Source: Guillardia theta CCMP2712
Taxonomy: Eukaryota > Protista > Cryptophyta
Length of the DNA stretch: 64,000 bases
NCBI RefSeq assembly: GCF_000315625.1
Contig: NW_005434607.1
Coordinates: 377,537 to 441,536, forward strand
Direction of reading: 5' to 3'
The position numbers and the translations under genes were made by a program. This document shows positions 47,111 to 57,770 of the stretch, one piece after another; within the stretch, counting starts at the first letter, position 1, and each line of letters starts with the position of its first letter. The notes beneath the pieces are model-generated. The model made no database searches. It had not been told where the DNA came from and worked only from the letters and a program-made list of their open reading frames with translations.

Positions 47111-49690
47111 TCAGAGCAGCATATCAGGTAAGGGGCCTCCGAAAAGAAATTCACCAATGAGCCTCCACCGATTCAAAGGCAGAACTTTCGTCAGCAAATC
47201 ACCAGGCTGATAAGAAGTATGAATCTTTTCTGGATAGAGCTCGTCCTTTTCTACCAAATCAACAGCATACTTCGTTCGAATATCAATGTGCTTGAGTCGA
47301 CTGTAACTTCGCTTGTCCCACAAAAGCCTCAGACATGGTTCATTGTCGATTAGCAAGAGAGTAGGACGAGTCTGCATAAATCCCATCTGACCCAAGAGAT
47401 TTCTATAAAGCTTGACTAGTTTTGCGCATGTGGTGGCAGCATAAATTTCAGCTTCTGAAGAACTCAGGGCAACAACCTTCTGCATTTTGGATCCAAAGAC
47501 GACTACCCCACCATTCAGAACGATTCCATATCCGCTTTGACTCCGTCTCGTGATAATCTCGGTACCCCAACCAGCATCACTGAATGCAATCATCTCATTG
47601 ACAAAACACTCCTGGTGGTAAGAGACACCGTGACAATGGTATACAATCTGAACCTCCCGAGTAGTGTAAAGGTACTGTAGAAGATGAATTAAGGCATCCA
47701 AATCGCACTGCCGAGGAGCACGAGCAAAGCGACTAAGGACGCTCGTTGCGAATGCGATATCAACCCGCGTACAATGTGCCACGTAGAGAATGGACCCCAG
47801 GAGACTCTGATAAGTGCGGACTTCCTTCTTGTTCAACAACTTACCCTCCAAGTGATAAGTCTTGAGATAGTGACCAGGTAATACCGTTTTGACGCCCCTG
47901 GCAACTATTTCAAAGCGTTCAACAATCTTTTCAATGAAATGCTGTTATGACAAAGTTATCCGACCCTGATCGTCATTCTGTTCGATGCGAATGCCCAAGA
48001 AGGTACCTGTTGCCTCACTCCCCGAAAAGTCGAAGACTGTGTTGAGCTTCTCAAGAAACTCAATCTTAACTGCTTCAGTTTGAGAGACAATGAGTAAGTC
48101 ATCCACGAAGACAGTCAGAAGCAAGACAGTTGGAGTATCGGTAGATGATCTCATCATGTCCTATCCCACTTGCTCCCACCGTCTTCAACACCTGCGTGAA
48201 CTTAAGATACCATCTCCTAGGTGCAATGCGAAGTCCATAGAGCGACTTCAAGACTTTGAGGAGGCACTCAGGAGGAAGACTCATGATATCTGGAGGAATC
48301 AAATACACAGGAACCTCCAAGTCACCATACAAGAAAGCAGCAGAGATATCCCTGAATGTGATTCTCCAACGAAGTTGCCTGCCGCGATGCTCAGCAAGAG
48401 CCGGATATTGTCCAACGATGTAGTCGGTGCAAACAATTCTTCAGATGAAGGGAGTAAGTTGCCCATGATAACTAGCCGCCCCTTTCGTTTCAAGATCTTG
48501 CCCTTCAAGTCTCGTTTTGAAGCATACACCCACAAGCCGCGAGCAAGGACAGAATGATTTGACTCCCTGTTTTTCTGATCACGCGTAACAACTTCCCAGA
48601 CGCCTCGACTTTCGATCTTCGCAATTTCCTCCTTTTCAGCCTGCTCCCAAAGATGCCATAACATCTCTGACCTTGTCTTGGGATCTGGTAACTTGTCAAA
48701 ACTACTTTCGTTCTCCACATTTCCTGCATCGCAAGCCGCTGTCATTGCGTAATCTGCCTGACTCAGGCCTCTCTCAGGCATTGCAGCTGGATTGTCACGG
48801 TCGGAAGACATCAGAGATAACAAGTCAGACGCCAGCTCCACCGCGTCCCGGATGATACGGGAGAGACCAACGCTAGATTCGCCACAAGAAGACGCGTATC
48901 CCTGAAAGTAGAGTCCACATCAGCACTGACCTGTGGGGCAGATGACACAGGATCGACATGCTGTAAACGAGTTTTGTACATCTCATCCCTCCATACTGGA
49001 ACAAAACGCGGGCATACTGGCTGACTGCCTGTCATGTTATCATCCGCCCTGTCCCAAACATACAAGATTTCTTCAGACTCAGTCGACCCGTGCACTATAT
49101 TTGTTACTGGCATGCAGGTACTGCGGAAATTGCTTGTGCTGTGAGAGTACAACAACTTCAGGTGATCCACCCACTGTAGCTTCGACAACATCCATGATCT
49201 CATCCGCTGCCCGGTCAAGGTAGGTTTTGAACACTTTTGTATGGTCGGACATATCACCAAAGACGTTCGGTGGAAAGCTGCACGAATAACCACTGTTTTC
49301 GCCTGACCCCGAGGATCTCTTCTTGCCCACTGCAACTTCTCCGACAGCCTGCTGTTCATTCCGTACCAACGGTTCACTTGCCACAGTGATATTCACCACT
49401 GACACGTCTCCCTTCGCATCCATCGCAGGCGTCACGGTCGTAGTCGTCTTGCTTCTAGTTTTTAAGATGCGCCCCCAGTGGAATATTTCGTCGAGAGAAA
49501 TCTTTTCTGGTCTCATATTACTCTTCTTCCAATTTCGCAATTCTCTATTCAATGCCAATGACTGCAACGATTCACAAGTCGATTCTTTACACCTGGCATG
49601 CAAGAGTTCTGCTATCTGGATCTCTAACGGTCCCATTCTTTGGTGTGCTCCCACAACACCTTGAATACTATCCTTGAGATTCTTAATATG
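47111..49690 (-). mobile_element. Decayed Ty1/Copia pol (RT + RNase H; integrase core missing)
   Basis: RT: KRKGRLVIMGN...FAPT, LKSLYGLRIAPRRWY, TVFVDDLLI. RNase H: FSDAGW...RRSQSGY...VALSSSEAE...IDN...KHIDIR...GDLLTK. Several frameshifts. Confidence 0.9.
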
Positions 49691-49894
49691 AAGTTTTGCG
49701 TCTTCATCTTTCAAAGGTGTTTTTTTAATTTTGTATTCGTGAATATTACGAACAGCTTTATATTCTGGTGTTCCTTTCCTTGGGACACACCAAGCAGCAC
49801 CAAGAGAAAGGCCTTTTTCTTGATCTCCTCCAGAATGCGCCTTATTATAAGTCTTTAAGGCATCAATCCAAGAATTAGCTTTCTTTTTACTCAT
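49690..49894 (-). pseudogene. Truncated paralogue 2 (MSKKKANSWIDALK...WCVPRKG) fused in frame to Copia-derived sequence
   Basis: Homology to 44070-44270 stops after DEDAKL; the ORF reads on to 49079 in GC-richer DNA. Confidence 0.7.
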
Positions 49895-49931
49895 TTATAA
49901 TAAAGAAAGATAGATAAAAAAAATAAAATAT

Positions 49932-50378
49932 TTATTTATCAAATTCAAGCATGAATTTCAAATTTGACAATACTTTCTTATGTTTGTCGCTATTCACATG
50001 TGCCTTAAATTCATCCTTTGATGGTGTTTTATCAAATTGATGATCACACACGGGGCATTTATTATTAGTTTTGATATCTCCAACTTTTAATTTAATTGCT
50101 TTATCATATCTTTCTTTGTTTGTCATTTTCTTTTGTTTAGGTCCAACACTCGCTTTATCCTTGTATTGCTGATTTGCATTGATAAGTTTCTTAGGTTTGA
50201 CAGGTTTTGCATATTGCTTATGTGGAATATTACCATCATATGTTTTTAGATCTTGCATGATTCCCTTGACATGGTCATATTCTTTTGATCCTTTCTTGAC
50301 AACACACCAAGTGCCAGAATGACCTTTATTGAACTCTTTCAGCGCTTGAATCCATGTGTTGCCTTTTCTAGTACTCAT
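49932..50378 (-). CDS. Small basic viral protein with a zinc finger (homologue of 43580-44032)
   Basis: Intact 148-aa ORF, mostly conservative differences from copy A. Confidence 0.75.
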   Translation of the reverse strand: MSTRKGNTWIQALKEFNKGHSGTWCVVKKGSKEYDHVKGIMQDLKTYDGNIPHKQYAKPVKPKKLINANQQYKDKASVGPKQKKMTNKERYDKAIKLKVGDIKTNNKCPVCDHQFDKTPSKDEFKAHVNSDKHKKVLSNLKFMLEFDK

Positions 50379-50464
50379 TTATAATAAAGAAAGATAGATA
50401 ATAAAAAAAAAAGAATATAATTTAGTATAATAATGGTAATGGTTGCCCCCTGCGACGGACAGAG

Positions 50465-50705
50465 GGTGTTTTTTGGGGTGTAAGGTATGTAGGGTTGGAG
50501 GGTTTCCTGAAACTTTTGTTATATATATAAATTTGGTGGATTCCAAAACTTAGTTTCAAACCCTACATACCCTACATACCCTACATATGGACGTGTATAT
50601 ATACAGATAAATAATAAATATATGCTCTACATTAATAATAATATAATATATGTAGGGTTTTATGTAGGGTTTGTTATTAATGTAGGGTTTATGTAAGGTT
50701 TGCAA
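50465..50705. promoter_or_regulatory. Iteron-like inverted repeat cluster (ATGTAGGGT / ACCCTACAT), candidate replication origin B
   Basis: accctacataccctacataccctacat faces tgtaaggtatgtagggttggagggttt; four more tgtagggttt-like copies lie beyond the AT-rich core. Confidence 0.6.
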
Positions 50706-51057
50706 AACAACGTGTTTAATATTTTACCCCCTCACCCCACATAGATTTTTTTATTACTTATATGATCCTTGAAGGATTCATAATTTTCATTAATATTATG
50801 TTTGCTCTGGCACACTCCGTGTGTGCGCTCGTTTGTTTTTGGTTATTTTGTGTGATAATCCGCACCAATGCGCAGCTATTATTTCAATTGAATAAAATAT
50901 AATAGGGATTCGGTAGGGAAAATAAAGAGGAATAAATGAATTTTTTGGGTGGTCGTAAAAATCATCGAAATTTTAAATTGATTTATAAAAGTTTGTCTAA
51001 TCACGTTTACAATGTATTTAGTTGCTAGCATATAAGAAATCTTTATCCAAAAATGAA

Positions 51058-51455
51058 ATGATCCAGATCAAACAAGAAAAAGGATTCACTGACCCACAAC
51101 CTGCGGCCGCTGAAACAATCAGGATTAAACAAGAACCAACCGATGAGATCCAACCACAACCTACGCTGCGCTTGGCTTCGCCAACGATAAGGCAACCAAA
51201 TAAACCACCTATAAAAGATCCTAGAATTAGCGAGAGAGCAAGGCAAAAGAAATATTATGATAAGAAGAAAGCCGATATATTAGAAAGAAAAAACAGCAAT
51301 ACGAAGATAATAAGGACAAAATAACAGCTCGAAAGATAGTTAAACGATTGAATGATATCATTTCAACCGGTGGCACTGCCAAGCCTACAGCCGCAAGCAT
51401 GGCAACATACCAACTATACAAAGAAGGCAACACATGGAAGAGCCGGACAATCTAA
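51058..51455 (+). pseudogene. Basic viral ORF, frameshifted in an A-run near 51290
   Basis: RQKKYYDKKKADILERK continues in another frame as QQYEDNKDKITARKIVKRLN...WKSRTI*. Confidence 0.5.
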
Positions 51456-51542
51456 TTTATATAAAAATGATTTGATTATTTTTAATATATATAAGTAAAA
51501 TAAACTTTCTCACTTATATATAAAGTTGAAACATACCCAACT

Positions 51543-51743
51543 ATGACCAAGGCACAGGCTCGCTATTACAAGAAGAGATTTAACAACGATGAAGAATTCC
51601 ACGACAAAGAATGCAAGAGAGTATGCGAATTTAGAAAAACCCGATATGCAAATGATGAGGAATATAGAAACATGATCAAACAAAAGGCCCTTGAATATTA
51701 TTATAGGAAGAAGGCAGAAAGAGAGAATCAATCATCTAATTAA
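51543..51743 (+). CDS. Small basic helical viral protein
   Basis: 66 aa with repeated RY.NDEE(F/Y) motifs; followed by a hairpin. Confidence 0.6.
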   Translation: MTKAQARYYKKRFNNDEEFHDKECKRVCEFRKTRYANDEEYRNMIKQKALEYYYRKKAERENQSSN

Positions 51744-51847
51744 TGCAGTGATACAGTCTTTTTTTATTTTTTTACTGTTATAATGGTAACAAAAATAAAT
51801 TGCAAGGATTTTTCCGATTTTTGATAAAAAATGATATAAAGTAAAAA

Positions 51848-53308
51848 ATGAATATAAGTAATAAAAAAATCTCAACTATAATTAAAAGGATGACTTTTCG
51901 CTTGCCTTCTGCAACTTATGAAATTCAAGGTGCTATTCAAGACTATGAATATATTAGGCATGATTTAGAGTTCAAATGTGTCCCCCTCTATCCTCAAGAT
52001 CCAAATGATAGGGACAACAAGGAGTTTGAATCTGACATGATCATTAAAAAAACATATGCCCTTGCTGCTGGCTGGAACGATACAAAAAAACACAACAAAG
52101 AGACATTCAAGATCTGGCACAAATTAATTGATAACAAAATAAACAACAATAAAGGCGTTCTTTATGCTGTTCTTACTGGAAAGATCAATAATATCACGGT
52201 CATTGATCTTGATATTTTAAAGGCTGAGAACAGGAATGAAGAATTTGAAAACTTGGTGCAATCTGCTGAAACCTTTCAAGTCTCAACACCAAAAGGCGAA
52301 CATCACTATTTCCTATATTGTCCATATTTGAAAAATAAAATTGGCTTTCTTGGTTATATTGATATCCTCAATGATACAAAATGCGTCATTGGTGCGGGGA
52401 CACTCCGTGATGATGGATTTTATAGCATTCTTGAAGAAAATGAGTTAAAACCCATCTCAAAAGCATTGTTTGATTTTATCCCAGATAATTTAAAAAATGA
52501 TTTTGAAAAAGATTATTACAAGCTTATGAATAATGCGGTATTTGGTAAGACTATGGAGAATGTAAGAAACCGTGTTCAGGTCAAACTACCAACTACATTA
52601 AAGAAGGCTCAAAAATATACAAACTCACCTAATTGTACTAAGTGGGAAATTATAGACGAAAACATGCCTTTAGTTTCCTTGAAAGAAAAAAATGTAAAAC
52701 TAGATAAACCTATTTATGCCGGTTTCTCTATATTAGACTTGTCAAAATATTTAATGTATGACTTCTATTATAATATAATGAAACCTAAGTATGGTCAAAA
52801 TCTTAAGCTTCTAGCAACTGATACCGATAGCTTCTTCTTTGCTGTGTATACAGAAGACCTTTATAAAGATATTTGGGATATGCGCGAACATTTTGATATG
52901 AGCGAATACAGCAAAGAGAACCCATTATATGATGAAACAAATAAAAAGGTTATTGGAAAATTTAAGGATGAATTAGGGGATAATATTATGAGCGAATTCA
53001 TAGGAGTACGACCTAAATGTTATTCTTATAAGAAACATAGCATTAAAGACGGATATAAAAATATAAAGAAATTAAAGGGTGTTCCTTCTTCAATTGTAAA
53101 AACAGATATAAAACACGAAGACTATGATAAATGCGTTAGTGAAAATAAGCCCCTTTCTTGTAAGGTACATGGTATTCGAAGCTCAAAGCTTCAAAATTAC
53201 GCAATACAACAGGTTAAAACAGCTTTGAGTAATACAGATGATAAAAGATACTGGGATTTATCTTTAGGTTATCAAAGTCTAGCATTAGGACACAGGGATA
53301 TAAAATAA
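51848..53308 (+). CDS. In-frame fusion of a bifunctional primase-polymerase (Prim-Pol) domain and the C-terminal half of a protein-primed family B DNA polymerase
   Basis: Prim-Pol: AVLTGKINNITVIDLD...VSTPKGEHHYF...IDILND..CVIG. pPolB: KLMNNAVFGKTMENVR, KPIYAGFSILDLSK, ATDTDS, GKFKDE, RPKCYS, KGV, DDKRY. No exonuclease motifs and no motif A. True start may be 51889. Confidence 0.85.
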   Translation: MNISNKKISTIIKRMTFRLPSATYEIQGAIQDYEYIRHDLEFKCVPLYPQDPNDRDNKEFESDMIIKKTYALAAGWNDTKKHNKETFKIWHKLIDNKINNNKGVLYAVLTGKINNITVIDLDILKAENRNEEFENLVQSAETFQVSTPKGEHHYFLYCPYLKNKIGFLGYIDILNDTKCVIGAGTLRDDGFYSILEENELKPISKALFDFIPDNLKNDFEKDYYKLMNNAVFGKTMENVRNRVQVKLPTTLKKAQKYTNSPNCTKWEIIDENMPLVSLKEKNVKLDKPIYAGFSILDLSKYLMYDFYYNIMKPKYGQNLKLLATDTDSFFFAVYTEDLYKDIWDMREHFDMSEYSKENPLYDETNKKVIGKFKDELGDNIMSEFIGVRPKCYSYKKHSIKDGYKNIKKLKGVPSSIVKTDIKHEDYDKCVSENKPLSCKVHGIRSSKLQNYAIQQVKTALSNTDDKRYWDLSLGYQSLALGHRDIK

Positions 53309-53535
53309 ATTCTAATGCGTATTTTTGGGAGGGTACGCATAAGATACACACAGAGACAATGCGGGAAATTTTTTCAAAGCAAACACATCATAACTTTTAA
53401 TTTTTTTCTCATTTTTTCACACCATAACATTAAGCTTTTGAAAATATTTACGTTACACATCAAATATTCTAAAAAGCTCACCATTATGATGCTAAAAACT
53501 TCACTTGGAGTGAAACCGCAAAATACTTAACACAC

Positions 53536-56500
53536 CCCCTTGTGGTCGGCCGCTGTCGCCAGCGCCTTCCCGCCTGCAGCCAGCAGCAGGTCGAAGGTGC
53601 CAAACTCTCCCCGGTCGCTGGCCCAGTGAGCGCAGGTCTTGCCGTCGCAGTCAGGGGCGAGGAGGACCTGAGGGCCGGCGAGGTCGACGATCTTCGAGAG
53701 GATCGGGACGTCACCGCGATAGGCAGCCCAGTGGGCGCAGGTCCGGCCGTCAGCGTCCGCCGCCTCCACAACCTCCCTGCCTCCCACCTCGATGAGCATG
53801 TCCAGCGCCTTCACTTCTCCCCATTCAGCTGCGATCAGAGCGCATGTCAAGCCCTTCCTGTCCGCTGCTATCGCCAGCTCCCTCCCGCCACTCTCCAGCA
53901 GCAGCTCGAGGGTGTCAAATTTCTCGCGCACTACAGCATGGTGAGCTGGGGTTCTGCTGAACTGATCCACATCATGAACGATCGCATCCCCTCCAACGTC
54001 CAGCAGCATTCGAAGAGCCTCCAGGTCTCCTCTGTCCGCGGCGATATGCGCGCATGTCAAACCCTCACAGTCCGCTGCTCGAGCGGCTCCCATGCCCCCG
54101 TGGCTCAGGAGGGTTTTCAGCACGTCGAGTCTTCCAGTCCTCGCGGCCCAGTGAGCGCACGTCCTCCCCTCCCGGTCAGCCGATGAGGCAAGACAGGCTC
54201 CTCCTACCCTCAGCACGAGCTGTAACAGTTCCTCGTCCTGCAGATCGGCGGCTGCATAGAAGATGTCAGCGAGGATGCTGCTCTGAGAAGTCTCAGCGGC
54301 GAGATCCAACGCTGTCTTCCCGTCCTCTCGCTGCGCCACCACCGCGTCCCGCAAGCTCCTCCCCTCGACGAGGAGGTGAAAGACTTCGACGTGGCCCCTG
54401 CTGCATGCGAGGTGGACGGCAGTCGCTCCTGCTGCATCCTTGAGGTCAACGTTGGCCTTGTGCAGCAGCAGGAGCTTCACGCACTTGTCGTATCCCATCA
54501 AGGAAGCAGACTGCAAGGCTGTCTTCCCGTCCTTGTCAACCGCATCCACCTCCTTCCCAGCTGCCAGCAGCCTCTCCATCCCCTGGATGTCTCCACTTGC
54601 CGCCGCCGACGCCAACGGCGATTCTCTCGTCTCCATGACGTCACCAATGGCCTCGAGCATGCGCGAGCGCTCGAAGATCTGGTCGGACAACCTCGCCTTC
54701 TCCTCTCCTGCCGTCTCGCTGCTGCCTGCCCGCGAGTTAAGGAGAGCGATAATGTGTCTCCCTACGACGACGAGGGAGTCCTGGTTGTACCAGTCCCTCT
54801 CCCTCACGCAGTGATCGAACTTGTCAGCGCACATGGCAGCGAGGTAGACAGCAAGCTGCATGGCGCTTGCGTAGTTCTTCTCGTTGTTGAACCAAACATC
54901 ATCTCTGCTCAGGTAGATCTCCACGACTCTCTCGCAGTCTGCCTGAGTCTGCAGCCGAAGGGAGTCCACCTGCCCGACTTGGAGCGAGGAGTCTTGGCTG
55001 AGAACCTCCTGCATCTTCACCTGCAACATCCTCCTCACGTCCTCCTCAACATTCCTCATCACAGCGACGTAGAGGTTCTTCCGTCGGGAGATCATGTCTT
55101 CGATGGTTGAGCACGACGAGTTCGTGCTGATCTTGGTCGGCACTACCCGAACGAGGAGCTGGACCACCTTCCCTTCCTCCAACGCATACTTGACCAGCTC
55201 CACCCGCGGCTTCCCCACGACCTCAAGGTACGAGAGGGGAGGATACAAGATCTCGTCCTCTCCTGGGTACTGTGAGAGAAACCGCAGGGAAGCCCCACGA
55301 TCGACTGCTCCGCAGGAGATTTCGAAGAGCGTCGGAGCTTGTCCCTTCAGGTACTGGATCGCCACCTCCTTGTTCAAGGTCACGCTCATCATGCCATACT
55401 CCACCCCCCCCGTAATGAGAAACTCGTCTTCCTGCAGAAATGCCCGAGGGAGCGCAACCCCTCCCAGCCCGCGGAAGAGGAGGCGGCTCCTTGGGAGGGG
55501 CATAAAACTTGATAGCTTGATGATGCCGCTGACGATACAGAAGAGGGTCGTGGGGTACTTGTTGCCTCTCAGCTCCTTCACTGTCTCAGCAGGGAACCCA
55601 CGTAGGACCGCGTTGTACTTGAGGTACATGGGTCCTGCAAGAAAAACTCTATCACGATCTGGGAGATTGCGGCGTAGGGAGGAGGGAAGTGGGAGGAGGG
55701 ATTGGGGGGGAGGAGAAGTGAGCAAGGGGATGGGTGAGGGGGTGGGGCATGAAGGGAGAGCCAAGTAGGAGAAGTGGAGGAGGACGATGGGGAAGAGGAC
55801 GAGGAGGAGTACGCGTAGGAGTAAGCATCTTACCAGTATAGAGGATGAGAGCAATTATCTCTTCCTTTCTCAGTTTTGCCCTCACCACCGCCTCCTCGCC
55901 CATCAGCTGCTCTACACTCCTCACGATCCTCTTCCCCTGGCACGCCTTGACTCGCTCCTCCTCCTCTGTGACCGCCCTCCACTCCTGAGCAGGAGAGGTC
56001 TCGAGCAGGTAGTTGGGCGTCCTGAATGTGTCCCTCGAGTCTGCCCTCTCGCAGTGCTCCTGCTGCATCCCATCGTAGAAGTTGAGCATGGGATACCCTA
56101 TCCTCTCCAGCAGCCCCTTGTGGAACTCCTCCAGTTTTCCGAATTCTGCGACGCAGAACTTGTCGTTGATCGGCTCGCTGGCGCCCTCAAGGAGGCGGGA
56201 GGCTTCCTCCTCGGCCTGCAGGAGGTTCTTCAAGCTCAAGAAGCTCTCCGCCAGCCTCGACGCCACCACACCCTGGCACCACATCGCCACGTCCTCCAAG
56301 GATGAGCTCTGCAGGAACTGTAAGGGGTTGTCAGGGGATCCCTCGGGGATGCACTCGGCCAAGGTCCTGATGACGTCAGCTTGCGAGGACTTCGCCAGGA
56401 AGCTCTGCTTGCTCAGCACCTCCCACTCCCTACAGATTGATCCACAGAACTCCTCGAACGTAGACGACGAACGTCGCCTGTCCACAAACACATCCGAGCT

Positions 56501-56864
56501 CAGCCCGAGCTGCATCGGGATCTCTCCGCATTCTTCGTGGAAAACTCCGAGGTCGTTGGCGATCGCGGAAGGGGAAGGAGAGGAGGAGGTCTTATCAAAG
56601 AAAGCACGCAAGCGCACAGCTTGCTCAGGGCTCAGCTTCCAAGCACTGCCCCCCTTCATCTCGTGCCTCTTGGAGGGGGCTTCTGAACTCGTCACTGAAA
56701 ACTTCCCATGGCGCCCCTTGTCGAATTCGTCCACCTGGCAGTTTCATGTCAAATCACCCAAACACTCGAAATTGCTCCACCTTGCTCGCCCTGCTGTTGG
56801 GAGCTTTGGTAACATTCGCATCTTGATCTGGAATAATCGATTGGACCGATGATCCACAGCCCAT
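53536..56864 (-). pseudogene. ADP-ribosyltransferase-ankyrin gene, copy B, 3'-truncated at the viral relic
   Basis: Near-identical to copy A. Full R-S-E catalytic core visible (LFRG, MMSVT, QYPGEDEILY). Frame ends DHKGVC* at 53527, just inside the viral DNA. Confidence 0.85.
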
Positions 56865-57660
56865 CGTCTCTCCCCGCCTCCCAGCGCAGTGCCTGTCAAA
56901 GAGCAACTCTTGAATGCAGTTTCGTTGCAAACACCCAACAATGACCACAGAAACGAGCGCGAGAAGCAAAACAAACAAAGGTAGAAGGCGGTTCAAACTC
57001 TAAAAGGCGGATCAAAATCATGCCTTCTCATACCCTTCAACTTCCCTAAAGCCTGATCCAACTCAACTCCTTCTGGTATGCAAATCATGACAACTCCCTG
57101 GCAACAACCCAGAAAGTTGCTCGCTCCGTTACAGTCATTGACCTACAACTTAAACTTTTCTTGTCCCGACCAACCACCAACATGATATCTCATCCTCTCC
57201 GTTCCTCTGCTCTCCTCGCACTTTCCCTCCCTCCTTCCCCCCTCCACTCCCTGCCTGCTCCCTCCCCTGCTTCCGCCCATTCCCCGACAAACTGCCAATC
57301 CAAAACGATGACTGTGTGTCTGCATGCGTCATGCGTTGCAACGTATGTCGGGGTAAATGGCTATTAAATAGAGGGGTACTTTGAATGAAATTAGGAAAAT
57401 ATGCAATGGCAGCACCGAGCCATCTGGGAAATAACTATACACCCCTATCAAATCACCTCTACCCCTAGTAAAGCAGTAATTGGAAGGGGTGAATGACATG
57501 TACAACACATAGAGGATAGGGGGTGGGGTACAGGCGGGCGAGGGGTGGTGCATAGCCCCATAGCGCCATAACGGGAGCCTGACGATGCTGAGCAATTTTC
57601 TACCCAACGGCGCCACTGAGCAGGTGAGAGGAAGAGGAGCAGGAGCAGAGGAAGATGGGA

Positions 57661-57731
<71 letters not shown>

Positions 57732-57770
57732 TAGGAGCAGGAGCAGGAGCAGGAGCAGGAGTAGGAGCAG
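57661..57770. repeat. (GCAGGA)n hexanucleotide repeat
   Basis: Direct reading. Confidence 0.9.

Larger units (their letters stand above)
49690..53535. mobile_element. Endogenous virophage/Polinton-like virus relic B
   Basis: AT-rich, intronless, divergent gene blocks around an iteron region; encodes Prim-Pol and protein-primed PolB motifs. Confidence 0.8.

Noticed and set aside
43200-50705. Telomeric repeats or a CRISPR array at the AACCCT-like motifs
   Set aside because: Few copies, in both orientations, with no regular spacers, no cas genes and no long tandem tract.
42733-51028. Relics A and B as the terminal inverted repeats of one element
   Set aside because: They are clearly diverged, have different iterons, and B continues outward into replication genes; two related insertions fit better.
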